DNA of 64,000 bases from a virus (Duplodnaviria; Caudoviricetes), in the IMG/VR virus record IMGVR_UViG_3300033067_002132, positions 32,001 through 96,000 of that record. One strand, given 5' to 3'. Made by a program: the position numbers and the translations under genes. Below the pieces are notes generated by a model, which did no database searches, was not told the DNA's origin, and worked only from the letters and a program-made list of their open reading frames with translations. The number at the start of each line of letters is the position of its first letter. Position 1 is the stretch's first letter. Positions 9,591-20,647 of this stretch are shown piece after piece.

Positions 9591-11078
9591 ATGAAACCGA
9601 ATCCGATTACCACAATTGACCTTTATAAAACGAATCATATTAATTTTTATGACGAAAAATTAAGTATGATTTATCAGAATTTTACTCCCAGATCTACAAA
9701 GTATCTTCCTAAAGTAGATAAAACTGACGATAAAGTTGTATTGGTTGGTTTACAATATTATTTAAAATATTGGTTAAATGAAGTTTGGAATAATGAATTT
9801 TTCAATAAACCGAAATCGGTTGTTATTGATAAATATAAACGCCGAATGAATGGATGTTTAGGCGAAGGAAATTATCCTTTTTATCATTTAGAAAATCTTC
9901 ATGATTTAGGATATTTACCGTTAAGTATTAAAGCGTTACCTGAAGGATCAGTAGTAAATGCAGGAATTCCATTTTTTACTATTAAAAATACCCATGATGA
10001 TTTTAGTTGGGTTCCTGGATTTTTAGAAGATACAATTTCTGATTTAATTTGGCGGACAGCTACTAGTGCAACTATTTCACGTAAATACAAGCAAGTCGCA
10101 ATGTATTATGCTAAAGAAACCACCGATGATTATACTTATGTTGATTATTTTTATCATGATTTTCAACTTCGCGGAACAGGCGGTGTCCAAGATGCTATGA
10201 TGTCGGGAGCCGGCCATTTATTTAATTTTTATGGTTCTGATAATGTTCCTGCAATGGATTTTCTTGAAGATTATTATAATGCAGATCCTACAAAAGAAAT
10301 TATTGGAGTAGGAGTTGTTGCAAACGAACATTCTTGCGTTTGTTCAGGCGGAAAAGAAAACGAATTTAAGAATTATCAAAAATGGATTACAAAAACATTT
10401 CCTAAAGGAATCCTTTCGCTTGTAAGTGATACTTGGTCTCTTTGGAATGTTATTACAAATTATCTTCCGAAATTAAAAGAAGAAATTATTAAAAGAGATG
10501 GAAAAGTCGTAATTCGTCCTGACAGTTCTCCTAAAACTCCTTTAGAAATTATTTGTGGTGATCCAGAGGCACCAATTGGTAGTCCTGAATATAAAGGGGC
10601 AATACAATTATTATGGGAAATTTTTGGCGGAAAAACGAATAAAAAAGGATATAAAGAATTAAGTGAAAAAATTTCTTTGATCTATGGGGAAGCTATCTCT
10701 GTACAATTAGCCGATAAAATCTATAAAAAATTAAAAGAACAAGGGTTTGCTGCAAACAATGTTGTTTTTGGTATCGGTAGTGGATCATTTCTTTATGGTA
10801 TTACTAGGGACACTTGTTCCTGGGCTTGTAAAGCTACCCATTGTATTATTGATGGAGAATCTAGAGAGATTTTTAAAGATCCTATTACTGATACAGGTAT
10901 GAAAAAATCCGCAAAAGGTCTCCTTCGCGTTGATAAAATTAACGGTGAATTCGTCCTAAAAGATTGTTGTACGCCAGAAGAAGAGGCGGGCGGCGAATTA
11001 AAAGAAGTTTATCGTGATGGAAAGCTTTTGGTCGATCAAACGTTGCAAGAAATTCGTGAACGTGTGAAAAATAGTTAA
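9591..11078 (+). CDS. nadV: Nicotinamide phosphoribosyltransferase-like protein (possible Namat of NARP1)
   Basis: D.YK..H, NFTPR, GLQ, HDF..RG, A.EHS, SLVSDT, IRPDS, KDP.TD.G.KKSAKG. Confidence 0.9.
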   Translation: MKPNPITTIDLYKTNHINFYDEKLSMIYQNFTPRSTKYLPKVDKTDDKVVLVGLQYYLKYWLNEVWNNEFFNKPKSVVIDKYKRRMNGCLGEGNYPFYHLENLHDLGYLPLSIKALPEGSVVNAGIPFFTIKNTHDDFSWVPGFLEDTISDLIWRTATSATISRKYKQVAMYYAKETTDDYTYVDYFYHDFQLRGTGGVQDAMMSGAGHLFNFYGSDNVPAMDFLEDYYNADPTKEIIGVGVVANEHSCVCSGGKENEFKNYQKWITKTFPKGILSLVSDTWSLWNVITNYLPKLKEEIIKRDGKVVIRPDSSPKTPLEIICGDPEAPIGSPEYKGAIQLLWEIFGGKTNKKGYKELSEKISLIYGEAISVQLADKIYKKLKEQGFAANNVVFGIGSGSFLYGITRDTCSWACKATHCIIDGESREIFKDPITDTGMKKSAKGLLRVDKINGEFVLKDCCTPEEEAGGELKEVYRDGKLLVDQTLQEIRERVKNS

Positions 11079-11119
11079 TTCTTGACAAAACATATAAAAA
11101 GATTATAATATCAAAAAAT

Positions 11120-11671
11120 ATGAATAAAACTCTTACTACTTTAATCGCAATTGCAGGTGTCGGTTTAATCACCGTGGCAATTTTTGCATTCTCTTTAATT
11201 GGTTTTCATAATAAAGAGGTAAAATTACGTAATTTAATTACAAATAAACAAACTGATAATAAAAATGAAATGGATCGAATGTGGAAAATTATCAGTCAAA
11301 ACGCTCAAGTTACCGATATGCAAAAATCGGCGCTAATGGATATTTTTAATTCTTATGCGACGGCGCGAGCGGGAAGTGGCGGCGGTTCTTTAGCTAATTG
11401 GATTAAGGAAGCGGTCCCGAACGTGGATCAAAAGACATTTCTTAATTTACAAAATACTATTTCCGCCGAACGTGCAGGATTCGCCAATCGACAAAAAGAA
11501 ATTCTTGATTTCAAGCGAGAACACGATAATGTAATTACGACTTTTCCTAATAATATGTATGCGGCGATTTTAAATAGACAAAAAATCGATGTAGTTATTG
11601 TAACCTCTACCCGTACAGAAGACGCATTCAAAAGTGGAAAAGACGACGACATTAATCTAATTAAAAAGTAA
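11120..11671 (+). CDS. LemA-like membrane-anchored protein
   Basis: N-terminal TM helix, helical body, FP.N near C-terminus; own TTGACA/TATAAT promoter. Confidence 0.55.
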   Translation: MNKTLTTLIAIAGVGLITVAIFAFSLIGFHNKEVKLRNLITNKQTDNKNEMDRMWKIISQNAQVTDMQKSALMDIFNSYATARAGSGGGSLANWIKEAVPNVDQKTFLNLQNTISAERAGFANRQKEILDFKREHDNVITTFPNNMYAAILNRQKIDVVIVTSTRTEDAFKSGKDDDINLIKK

Positions 11672-11674
11672 AAT

Positions 11675-12889
11675 ATGTACCTATTTTGGCTATTAGCCTT
11701 AATTCCAATTATTATTGGCGCGGTAATTTTTGTAAAAAGTAAAGAAATTAATCTATTAGAATTTGGAATTGGTACGGGCGTTTGTTTACTTCTCGCCCTT
11801 ATTTTTCAAGTTATCTCTATTTTTACAGAAACAGGAGATTATGAAACTATTAGTGGTCAAATAATTAGAGTAGAGCACCATCCTAGATGGGTAGAACGAT
11901 ACACACTACACCATTCAGAAACTTATACAACTGGATCAGGTAAAAATCAAAGAACTCATACGCGGCATTGGACGACAACCGAATATGATACGCATTCTGA
12001 ACATTGGAAAGGTTGTGCGGATTTTGGCGAATTCGGCGAAATTTGTGAAAATATTTCAGAAGAAAATTATTCTTCAATTGGATTAGAATTTGGAAATAAA
12101 TCTTTTACTTATGGAAAACAATCCGCCGATCATTTTGGCGGAACTAAATCTTCTGGTGATAATAATATTTACGCAATTAATAATGAAACATTAGTAACCG
12201 TTCCGGCTATTAGTTCTAAATTTTTTAGAAACTATATTAAAGCAAGTCCCTCATTATTTAGTTTTAGTCAAGTACCTACAAATATTAATATTTATCCATA
12301 TCCTGAAAACAATTCTTTTCTTGTTTCAGAAAGATTAATTGGAACGGCGCAAAATTTAATTAATGCGCGAAAATTCGATGAAATTAATGCGCGTCTTGGA
12401 CCAAAGAAATTAGTAAATGTAATTCTCGTAGGATTTAATGAGAAAAATCAGGATTTGGGTCAATACCAACAGGCCGCTTGGGTTGGTGGGAAAAAGAATG
12501 ATTTAGTTCTGTGCTTCGGCGGTGCAAATCGTTCTCATGGAGCAACCTGGGCATATGTTTTCGGTTGGACAGAAAAAGAGATTGTCAAAAAGAATTTAGA
12601 GACTATACTTCTTGAGTCTCCTATGAACGAGGAGATTTTACCTAAAATTGAACAAGAAATTGTAAGAAATTATCAAATTAAAGATTGGTCCAAATTTAGC
12701 TATATTAGCGTAGAACCGCCGACTTGGATGTATATTGTTTATTTTGTAGTAATGATTGGAACGCAGGCTGGATTATACATTCATTTTCATAATAACGAAT
12801 ATAGTAAAGATGGTATTTCTTATTTTAAATCAAATTATGCAAGCATGGCCACTTATCCAAAGAATCGATTCAACAGATTCAAACGTTAG
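11675..12889 (+). CDS. Phage membrane protein (2 N-terminal TMs and 1 C-terminal TM)
   Basis: Hydrophobic segments; W.GGKKND motif; follows the LemA-like gene. Confidence 0.6.
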   Translation: MYLFWLLALIPIIIGAVIFVKSKEINLLEFGIGTGVCLLLALIFQVISIFTETGDYETISGQIIRVEHHPRWVERYTLHHSETYTTGSGKNQRTHTRHWTTTEYDTHSEHWKGCADFGEFGEICENISEENYSSIGLEFGNKSFTYGKQSADHFGGTKSSGDNNIYAINNETLVTVPAISSKFFRNYIKASPSLFSFSQVPTNINIYPYPENNSFLVSERLIGTAQNLINARKFDEINARLGPKKLVNVILVGFNEKNQDLGQYQQAAWVGGKKNDLVLCFGGANRSHGATWAYVFGWTEKEIVKKNLETILLESPMNEEILPKIEQEIVRNYQIKDWSKFSYISVEPPTWMYIVYFVVMIGTQAGLYIHFHNNEYSKDGISYFKSNYASMATYPKNRFNRFKR

Positions 12890-13775
12890 TAAATTTGTTT
12901 TTACAAAATCTAATGCTGTTGTAGAATCTGTATTATATAAATATCCTACGTATGAAGAACGAACTGTTATTTGTTGTTCAACAGAGTCAGGATGTCGCCA
13001 AGGTTGCCGTTTTTGTGGAACGGGAGATTATTTTGTTAGATCTTTAACCGCGCAAGAGATTGTAGAACAACCAGAATATTTATTATCACAGATAGGAATC
13101 GATCCATCGAAAATTAATAAACTTCAAATTATGTTTATGTCGATGGGTGAACCAATGATGAATTGGCAAAATTTAAAAGAAGCATTAAAAACGTTATATT
13201 TTAAATATCCGCACGCAAAACTGTTAATTAGTACCTCTGCTCCTATTCGACCCGAAGCATTTAAAGAATTAAATGACTTATCAGTAGAAATTCCTACTAT
13301 TGGTCTTCAATTTTCTGTACATGAGAGTACAAATGAAAAACGTAAACAATTAATTCCTGGCGGTACTTTAACTTTAGAAGAAATTTCAAAAACCGGAATT
13401 GAATGGTTTAATAAAACAGGAAGAAATCCATTTTTTAATTATTGTGTTCATCCAAAAAACAATTCTGATCTTGATATAGAAAATATTTTAAAATTTTTCG
13501 ATCCAACCGTTTGGCAAGCAACGCTTTCTGTTATTTGTGAGCGTGAAGAAAATGTTGCAGCGGCGAACGAACGTCAAAGACAATTAGCTTTAGATTTTTC
13601 TGATAAATTGTTAAATAAAGGATATTCTGTAAGAGTTTTTAATCCTGCTGGGCAAGATGATATTTCAGCGGGATGCGGCCAATTATGGTTCGTACAAAAA
13701 TGGATTAGAGAAAATCCACAATTTGCAAAAAGAAGTGCAGGATTTAATTTACCTAAAGTACATACCCCAAGATAA
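12837..13775 (+). CDS. RlmN/Cfr-like radical SAM RNA methyltransferase
   Basis: GCRQGCRFCGTG, MSMGEP, DDISAGCGQL; likely start ATG 12837. Confidence 0.8.
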   Translation: MQAWPLIQRIDSTDSNVSKFVFTKSNAVVESVLYKYPTYEERTVICCSTESGCRQGCRFCGTGDYFVRSLTAQEIVEQPEYLLSQIGIDPSKINKLQIMFMSMGEPMMNWQNLKEALKTLYFKYPHAKLLISTSAPIRPEAFKELNDLSVEIPTIGLQFSVHESTNEKRKQLIPGGTLTLEEISKTGIEWFNKTGRNPFFNYCVHPKNNSDLDIENILKFFDPTVWQATLSVICEREENVAAANERQRQLALDFSDKLLNKGYSVRVFNPAGQDDISAGCGQLWFVQKWIRENPQFAKRSAGFNLPKVHTPR

Positions 13776-13853
13776 ATAATTAGTGACGAAATGATTCATA
13801 CGCTACAATAAATATCATTTGACTAAAATCGAAATTCGATATAATCTTATTCC

Positions 13854-14492
13854 ATGTCATTCTTAAACAAAGAAATCGTATTAGTATTAAATTCACTGTG
13901 GATGCCAATAGGCAAGACTACCGTGCGCCAAGCTATTAAAAAGCTTTATAAAACAAGCGATGGCACCAATATGTCTGGGCGCGGAGTTGCTCTTGATTAT
14001 AATTTAGATGAAAATGGAAATCCAGATTGGGCTAATCCTATTAGTTATGTTGATGTAGAAATCGACGAATGGATTAATTTAGAAGTTCGCCCGTTTGATC
14101 CTTGGATTGACGGTGCCCGAATGAAAGTTCGCGCCCCAACGATTATTATTGCAAAAAACTACTCTGATATTCCTATGCGTGAGCTTAAGCCTACACCGAC
14201 GAATATCTTTAAACGGGATAATTATACCTGTCAATATTCAGGAAGAAAACTTCCTCGTAATAAGCTTAATTTGGATCATGTAACGCCAAAATCCCGTGGA
14301 GGAAAAAATAGTTGGAATAATCTTGTTACTTGTGCTAAAGATCTTAACTTTAAAAAAGGTGATAAAACCCCGCACGAAGCTGGATTAAGATTATTAAGTA
14401 CGCCACGCGCACCAAAAGAAAAGCCCGCGCCCTTTCTTATTACCGAAGCAGAACATCCTAGCTGGATTCCGTTTATTATTGTTAAAAAATAA
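13854..14492 (+). CDS. HNH endonuclease (McrA/HNH_5-like)
   Basis: VLVLN, RDNYTCQYSG, LDHV.P.SRGG.NSW.NLVTC...N..KG..TP.EAG. Confidence 0.9.
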   Translation: MSFLNKEIVLVLNSLWMPIGKTTVRQAIKKLYKTSDGTNMSGRGVALDYNLDENGNPDWANPISYVDVEIDEWINLEVRPFDPWIDGARMKVRAPTIIIAKNYSDIPMRELKPTPTNIFKRDNYTCQYSGRKLPRNKLNLDHVTPKSRGGKNSWNNLVTCAKDLNFKKGDKTPHEAGLRLLSTPRAPKEKPAPFLITEAEHPSWIPFIIVKK

Positions 14493-14498
14493 AAGATT

Positions 14499-15016
14499 AT
14501 GAAAAAAATTCTTATTGGAGATATTATTGTACCATGCTTTTTTATTGTATTACTAATAATAATTATTACAGTAATTTTAACGACAAAACCAAAAGAAAAG
14601 GAAATTGTAATAACAGAATCGACGAGTTTTGAAATTGTGGAAAAAGGAAAATTAAATTACGATCTTTATTATATCTTTAAAGATAAAGAAACGGGGAAAA
14701 AATACATGAAATTAGGTGGTCATCAAAGTCCGCCGATTGAATTAAAATGAAAACAAAAAATCTTACTTTTGCAGATTATTTATGTCTTATTTTTTCGACT
14801 AGTATTATCATTTGTTTTGTATATCTTTTATGTTTATTTTTATCTAAAGTGGAAAATAAAATGAACGTAGAAAAAGTAGAAAAAATACCCGAACGTTTCG
14901 AAATAGTAGAAAAAGGATCAATAAATTATAATAATTATTTTATCTTTAAAGATAAGAAAACAGAAAAAGAATATTTAAAATTTGGTTATAATACCTTTGT
15001 TATTGAATTAAAATAA
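14499..15016 (+). CDS. Tandem pair of paralogous small membrane-anchored proteins (14499-14750, 14747-15016)
   Basis: Both have an N-terminal TM and FEIVEKG..NY..Y.IFKDK.T.K.Y.K.G...IELK. Confidence 0.7.
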
Positions 15017-15017
15017 T

Positions 15018-15548
15018 ATGTCAAAAAATATTCCAATTGTAATTGATGTTGAAAGCGATGGTCCTTGCCCCGGAATGTATTCGATGGTATGCTTTGGAGC
15101 AGTAATCGTAGAGCCGGGACTTAATAGAACCTTTTATGCAAAAACTCGTCCAGTTAATAATTTATTTGTACCTGAAGCTTTGGCGATTAGTGGATTTTCT
15201 CGCGAGGATCATGTAACTTTTGATGATCCTTTAAAAGTAATGAATGAATTTTATCGATGGTTAATGAATAATAAAAATGATCCGGAAGATAGTTATTCTT
15301 TATGGTCCGACAACCCTGTTTATGATGGTCAATTCATGAATTGGTATTTCTTTACCTATTTGGGCCACAATCCTTTAGGATGGTCGGGCCGAAGAATCGC
15401 CGATTTATACGCGGGATATAAACGATATGCCTTCGCTAAATGGAAACATTTACGAAAAACTCCCCATACTCATAACCCTGTAGATGATGCGAAAGGAAAT
15501 GCCGAAGTATTACTTTTACTTTCTAAAGATATTAAAGGACTAGTATGA
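15018..15548 (+). CDS. DEDDh 3'-5' exonuclease
   Basis: IDVESDG, H.HNP.DDA.GNA. Confidence 0.85.
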   Translation: MSKNIPIVIDVESDGPCPGMYSMVCFGAVIVEPGLNRTFYAKTRPVNNLFVPEALAISGFSREDHVTFDDPLKVMNEFYRWLMNNKNDPEDSYSLWSDNPVYDGQFMNWYFFTYLGHNPLGWSGRRIADLYAGYKRYAFAKWKHLRKTPHTHNPVDDAKGNAEVLLLLSKDIKGLV

Positions 15549-16254
15549 GAAAAATTAATAAAAAAAAGCGTAAGAAAATTGATAAAGTTCCGCCGTTACC
15601 GTACAGTTTTGCTTATGGGCAAAATTTACCTAGTTATCCAAATGATGTTCCCTCTTGGTATTACGCAGGAGCAAATAAATGTCTAAATTAAATACAGATT
15701 TTTCTGATTTAGATTTACAATATAAAATGATTAATGAATCGGTGACGTTTCTTGAACAAGAAATTAATAAAACTTATAAAGAAATAGAAATCGCCGAATC
15801 TAATTTTGATACGGAAGAATTAAAAGTTTTATATCACCGTTTATATTTCAATATCATTAAATTAAATCTTGAATTAAAAAATCTTGAAAGATGGAAGAAA
15901 GAAAGTATCATTCTATGTCAAAATCAAAAAAGCGAAAGTCTCCTAAAGGATATGAAGTAATTTCTGTCGATAAAAAATATCGATATGGGGTTTTTGACTA
16001 TAGTCCTGTAGGAAAACAAAAAGCTAAAGATTATATTATTCTTTTAAAGAAAAAAATTATTAATAATAAAGAAAAATTTAAAATACATATTGTATGAGTT
16101 TTCCTATAAAACAAAAATTAGCTTATAAATATCAATATTGGCGGCGAAAGTTTTTACTTTTTTTTGGAATCTGTCCAAAATGTGGGACTAAAGTGAATTA
16201 TACAACAATGGGTCGGCCGATTTGTCCTGAATGTTCTCGGTAAAATAAAAAACT

Positions 16255-16812
16255 ATGAAAAAACTACTATTATCTATCTCACTATTATTAACATCATTAT
16301 CATTAATTGCAGGAGATGTTACCGCTGCAAGTTATCGATACGGATATGGAATGCAATTTGTTCCTAATACTGGACGTACATGGTTCTGGAATCCTTCACG
16401 AAATCCTTCTTTTTATTGTCTTTATAAAGTAACTAGAAATGGAAATAATACAAATATAATTGTAACACCAATTACTCCTGTTGCTGGAAATTTAGAAATT
16501 GGTAAATTATATATTTTTCGTCTTATTTTTGATACAGGATATGATTTAAATATGAATAATTCATTTCCACAATCTCCATTGTGTTTAGAATATAATAATG
16601 GAATTTGGAATAGTATTTTACTTCCATGCCCACCTATGCCATTTTTTGATGATCGCATTCATTATACGTATGGAACGGATTATAAAATACAAATGTTAAC
16701 AAATGGACCCGTTGCATTTTTAATAAAAAATTACGTTGTTCGTGCAATTGATGCTCATACAAACCAAGATATTATTAATGGATTAGGTCCTGTTACGCAA
16801 TATTTACCTTAA
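16255..16812 (+). CDS. Secreted protein, paralog of 17361
   Basis: Signal peptide; shares W.W.P...P..YK.T..G.N and T.G.DYK..I.NG-like motifs with 17361. Confidence 0.65.
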   Translation: MKKLLLSISLLLTSLSLIAGDVTAASYRYGYGMQFVPNTGRTWFWNPSRNPSFYCLYKVTRNGNNTNIIVTPITPVAGNLEIGKLYIFRLIFDTGYDLNMNNSFPQSPLCLEYNNGIWNSILLPCPPMPFFDDRIHYTYGTDYKIQMLTNGPVAFLIKNYVVRAIDAHTNQDIINGLGPVTQYLP

Positions 16813-16818
16813 TTATAT

Positions 16819-17310
16819 ATGTTAAAAATTAATACTAACTCTATCGTTTCATGGGGAAAAGCTAAAAAAACTGCGAAAATTTTAGCAAAAAAGATCAAAG
16901 AATTATTTCCTGATTCTGCCGTTCATTCTGTTATCAAAATTAAAACTTTAGAAGGAGATCAGTCTATTTTATCTGCGGAAGATTATTTATGTTGTGGACC
17001 TTCGGGAGAATTTTGGCAACAAAAAGAAAAAAATATCGTAAAAGGATATAATTTATTAAAAGATCAAGGTATTTTATTTGGATGGAGTGTTTTTGAACCA
17101 AAACCCGACAAAGAAATTAATTATACCAAAATTTATTGTGACGAAAAGGGATTTTATATTCTTGGTCAATGGGGCGAAAAAACCGATGAAGGATTAGTCC
17201 AAAAGGGTGTTTCCGGGGATTATATTGCACAACGTCCCGATGATCCAAGTGACGTTTGGATTATTAAAGAAGGAATTTTTAATAATACTTATCAGATTCT
17301 TTCAAACTAA
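16819..17310 (+). CDS. PGDYG-like protein
   Basis: I.TLEG, GDYI...D.W.I...IF..TY. Confidence 0.5.
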   Translation: MLKINTNSIVSWGKAKKTAKILAKKIKELFPDSAVHSVIKIKTLEGDQSILSAEDYLCCGPSGEFWQQKEKNIVKGYNLLKDQGILFGWSVFEPKPDKEINYTKIYCDEKGFYILGQWGEKTDEGLVQKGVSGDYIAQRPDDPSDVWIIKEGIFNNTYQILSN

Positions 17311-17360
17311 TTGACTAAATCACAAAAAACTGTAAGATTGTTGGTGACGGAGAACAAAAT

Positions 17361-17987
17361 ATGAATAAAATTAAAAATACACTAATGGCGATCATGGCTT
17401 TATTTCTTTCCATGATTTTTTCACCTACCTTCGCTGAAACCTATGGAGCATTTGAATATGGAAAGTATTTTAATACTTCGGGGGTCAATTCGACCCATTG
17501 GTATTGGGTTCCTGCTTATGATCCGGTAATTAAAGTTTATAAAATTACTGGGACCGGAGCAAATAGGAAAGCAGAATTTCAACCGGGCGGAATGAATACT
17601 CAATTCGACTCTGGATTTACCTATGTTGTCCGATTCTTATTTAATAAAGGATATGCGGTCCCGATTATGTATGATGGTAGCCCAAATTATCAACCACAAG
17701 CAGCATTTAATGTAAAGGCTTATATTTCGGGAAAATGGATTACTCAATTACAACCAACTCCTACTGGTCCCTGGGGCGGAATTACAGGTGGAAAGTATAA
17801 AACTTTCGGCCAGGATTATAAGGTCGGAATTATTAATGGATATTTATATGCCGCAATGGTAACTAAATATGAAACGGAAGCTAGATCCTTAACTTATGAA
17901 CAAATTGAGGCGGGATTTGAATCTATTCTATCGATAGAAAGAATATTAATATTAGTGAAATCTAATTCAAAAGGAATTTTAGTATAG
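17361..17987 (+). CDS. Secreted protein, paralog of 16255; C-terminus runs into antisense endonuclease DNA
   Basis: Signal peptide; similarity to the paralog ends near 17915. Confidence 0.6.
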   Translation: MNKIKNTLMAIMALFLSMIFSPTFAETYGAFEYGKYFNTSGVNSTHWYWVPAYDPVIKVYKITGTGANRKAEFQPGGMNTQFDSGFTYVVRFLFNKGYAVPIMYDGSPNYQPQAAFNVKAYISGKWITQLQPTPTGPWGGITGGKYKTFGQDYKVGIINGYLYAAMVTKYETEARSLTYEQIEAGFESILSIERILILVKSNSKGILV

Positions 17988-18712
17988 TAACATTTACCAT
18001 CTTGGTTTAAATATAAATTATATAAGTCTTCAATTTTTAAATCAAAGTTTATACCTCTTTTTTTAGCTGCCTCTTTTGTTTTTTTAAATTTATATTGAAT
18101 AATATTATTTATTTCGGGCGATATTTTATATTTGTAACTGTACAAAATCCTTTCATTATTTCTTGTACATTCTTTACAGACCCTACCATAAAAGAACTTT
18201 AATTCTAATATTTGTCGGCAATTAGAACAGAAACGTTTATTATCTTTTAATAAAGATTTATTTAGAATTCTAATTCTAGTAATTGATGGAATAATTCCTG
18301 CTTTTTCAATAATTTCTCCAATTGATGTATCACATCTACCTGTTATTTTTTCAATTTTATTAAAAGTAAATCCCCTTTTATATAAATCAATAATATTATT
18401 TTTTTCTTCTTCGGTAATAATTGTTTTATTTTTTGAATGCCAATTAAATTTTTGCGCGACTGTTAAAACATTATAATCTGGTTGATTAAAGATTTCTCCT
18501 ATTTCTTTATATGTCTTTCCTTCGTCTAGTAGATTTTTAATTTCTTTTTCTTTGCCATCAAACCATAATTTTTCTTTGTTAATCTTAAGGTTATATTTTT
18601 TCAAAATATGAAAAACTTTCATATATTTAACTTTTTCTGGCAAAAGATTAATTATTTCTTTAATACTTAATCCTTTATTATGTAATTCTAGAATAGAATT
18701 TTCTATAGTCAT
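17894..18712 (-). pseudogene. Homing endonuclease (HTH repeats plus HNH-like domain), C-terminally truncated
   Basis: Q.GKCYY..., SIDRIDSN followed almost immediately by a stop; the usual GY...N..L..(C)..N tail is missing. Confidence 0.6.
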
Positions 18713-19380
18713 TTGTATATAATTACACATAAAAATCCCAAATGACTAAAAATATTTCTATTTGACTTTTCGTAAAATACGTTTATAATTATCTTTGACG
18801 CTAGAAAATGTAATAGAACCTTTAATGATAAATTAATGAGCGAAATTTGTTTGAGCGTTTATAAAAATGCTATTGACGAATTCTCTAAAAAGAGTTATCT
18901 TGAATAATATGAAATCAATGCTTTCTACTTCAAATTCTTTAGATAATTTAATTTATAAATGTATTCGTCATCGAGTTCATACTGTAGATCCTAATAGATT
19001 TTCTAATGCGGATGGATATCATCTATATGGAATTCCTACCTTTTATTCTGATCTACTTGTTTATGTTGATCCGTTTTTATTTGATTTACATGCACATGAT
19101 ACCGGGCGTATTCTACGATTATATATTTTAAATAAAGAGACAAAGACGCATTTAACGGTAATTAATATGCCGTTTTGGTATAGTAGTAAATATTGTTTTA
19201 ATGAAGGTACTTGGCTAGAAGGAAAATGGGACGCCGAATTAGGAAAAGTAGTTAATATGTTAACTCGCGCCGTTATTGATAAAGAATTAGAAATCGAGGC
19301 TCAAGATCGAGAGAGAGCGCGAAAAGCTCAAGAATTAGAAAAGATGAAAATTGCCGAATTTGAGAAATTATTTGTATGAA

Positions 19381-20028
19381 TTAAATTTGATAATCTATAA
19401 TAATTTTATTTCCTTTTTTTATATTTTCTTTTCCCCATAAAGGTTGTAAATTAGTATAATGAAAACATTTTCTTTGATTTTCTTCTTGTGTTAAATCAAA
19501 AGAACTACAGGGTAAAATATGGTCTATATGCCATTCTCCATAATTATCCCAATTCATATTTGGCAGCCAAAGACTTTCTAAATATTTAACTAAAAATTCA
19601 AAAGAACAACCAATTAATGTTTCTGTTGTAAATAATTTATCTCTATTTTTTAAAGCATATCTTAATCTTCCCCTTAATGAACAAGCAATTCTATTTTGTG
19701 GTAACAAGCGCCAATTATTTCTTTGAATTCTTATTTTTATTTTTACCGATTCTAAACGTCTTCGTTCATTATTTTTTGGACCTCTTATATGTTTATTTTT
19801 TTGCCAATATCTTTTTCGATCTTCTTTTGCTTGTTCTGTTTTAGAATATTCTTTTCCTTTTAATAATTCTGTTTCTCTATTCTTTAAATACCAATTTCTT
19901 CTGACAATTTTTTGACAAGATCTACAATGATTGTGAAATCCATAAAGCCCCGTTATACATTTATTGAAGTCTTTAAATTCTTTAAAATTGTGACAAAAAT
20001 AACATTCTTTTGTTTTGACATCTTCCAT
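19381..20028 (-). mobile_element. HNH/endoVII-like homing endonuclease (paralog of 8878 and 48172)
   Basis: WHIDHILPCSSFDL..EENQ.KCFHYTNLQPLW..EN..KG. Confidence 0.8.
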
Positions 20029-20071
20029 AATATGGATTACACTAAGAAAGTGACATTATAGAAGATTATTT

Positions 20072-20647
20072 ATGAATAATACGAATTTAAGAGAAAAAGC
20101 TATTACTTTTTTTAGACAAGCCTATGATTCTGTAAATTTGAAAAGAAAATATACAGGAGTTAATTATTGGACACATACGGAAAATGTCGCGAATTTAGTA
20201 TCAAAAATCTTTAAAGATAATGATAATATGTATATTGCGGCTTTAGCTCACGATTATGAAGAGGAAGTTTCTATTAAAAATAAAGATTATTCTAGACAAA
20301 AGGTTACGGAAAACTTTGGTAAAAGGGTTACATATTTAATGGTAGAATTAACCGACGTATATACTCACGAAGCTTTTCCGATGTTTAATCGAGAGCAACG
20401 TAAGAAATTAGAAGCGGCGCGAATTTCTTGCATTAGTAATGATGCGAAAAATATCAAACTTTGTGATATTATCGATAATACGAAGGATATTGTAGAAAAT
20501 GATAAAGATTTCGCCGTCGTTTATTTAACTGAAAAATGGCAATTACTTAAAGCTTTATTTCGTGGATCAAATAAAAGACTGTGGTGTTTAGCGGTTATTA
20601 CTTTTATTAAAGCAAAATTAGAATTATTACAAGAAAATTATGAGTAA
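20072..20647 (+). CDS. HD-domain (RelA/SpoT hydrolase, Mesh1-like) protein
   Basis: RKYTG..Y..H...VA, AALAHD, FG..V..L..ELTD, IKL.D.IDN. Confidence 0.75.
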   Translation: MNNTNLREKAITFFRQAYDSVNLKRKYTGVNYWTHTENVANLVSKIFKDNDNMYIAALAHDYEEEVSIKNKDYSRQKVTENFGKRVTYLMVELTDVYTHEAFPMFNREQRKKLEAARISCISNDAKNIKLCDIIDNTKDIVENDKDFAVVYLTEKWQLLKALFRGSNKRLWCLAVITFIKAKLELLQENYE

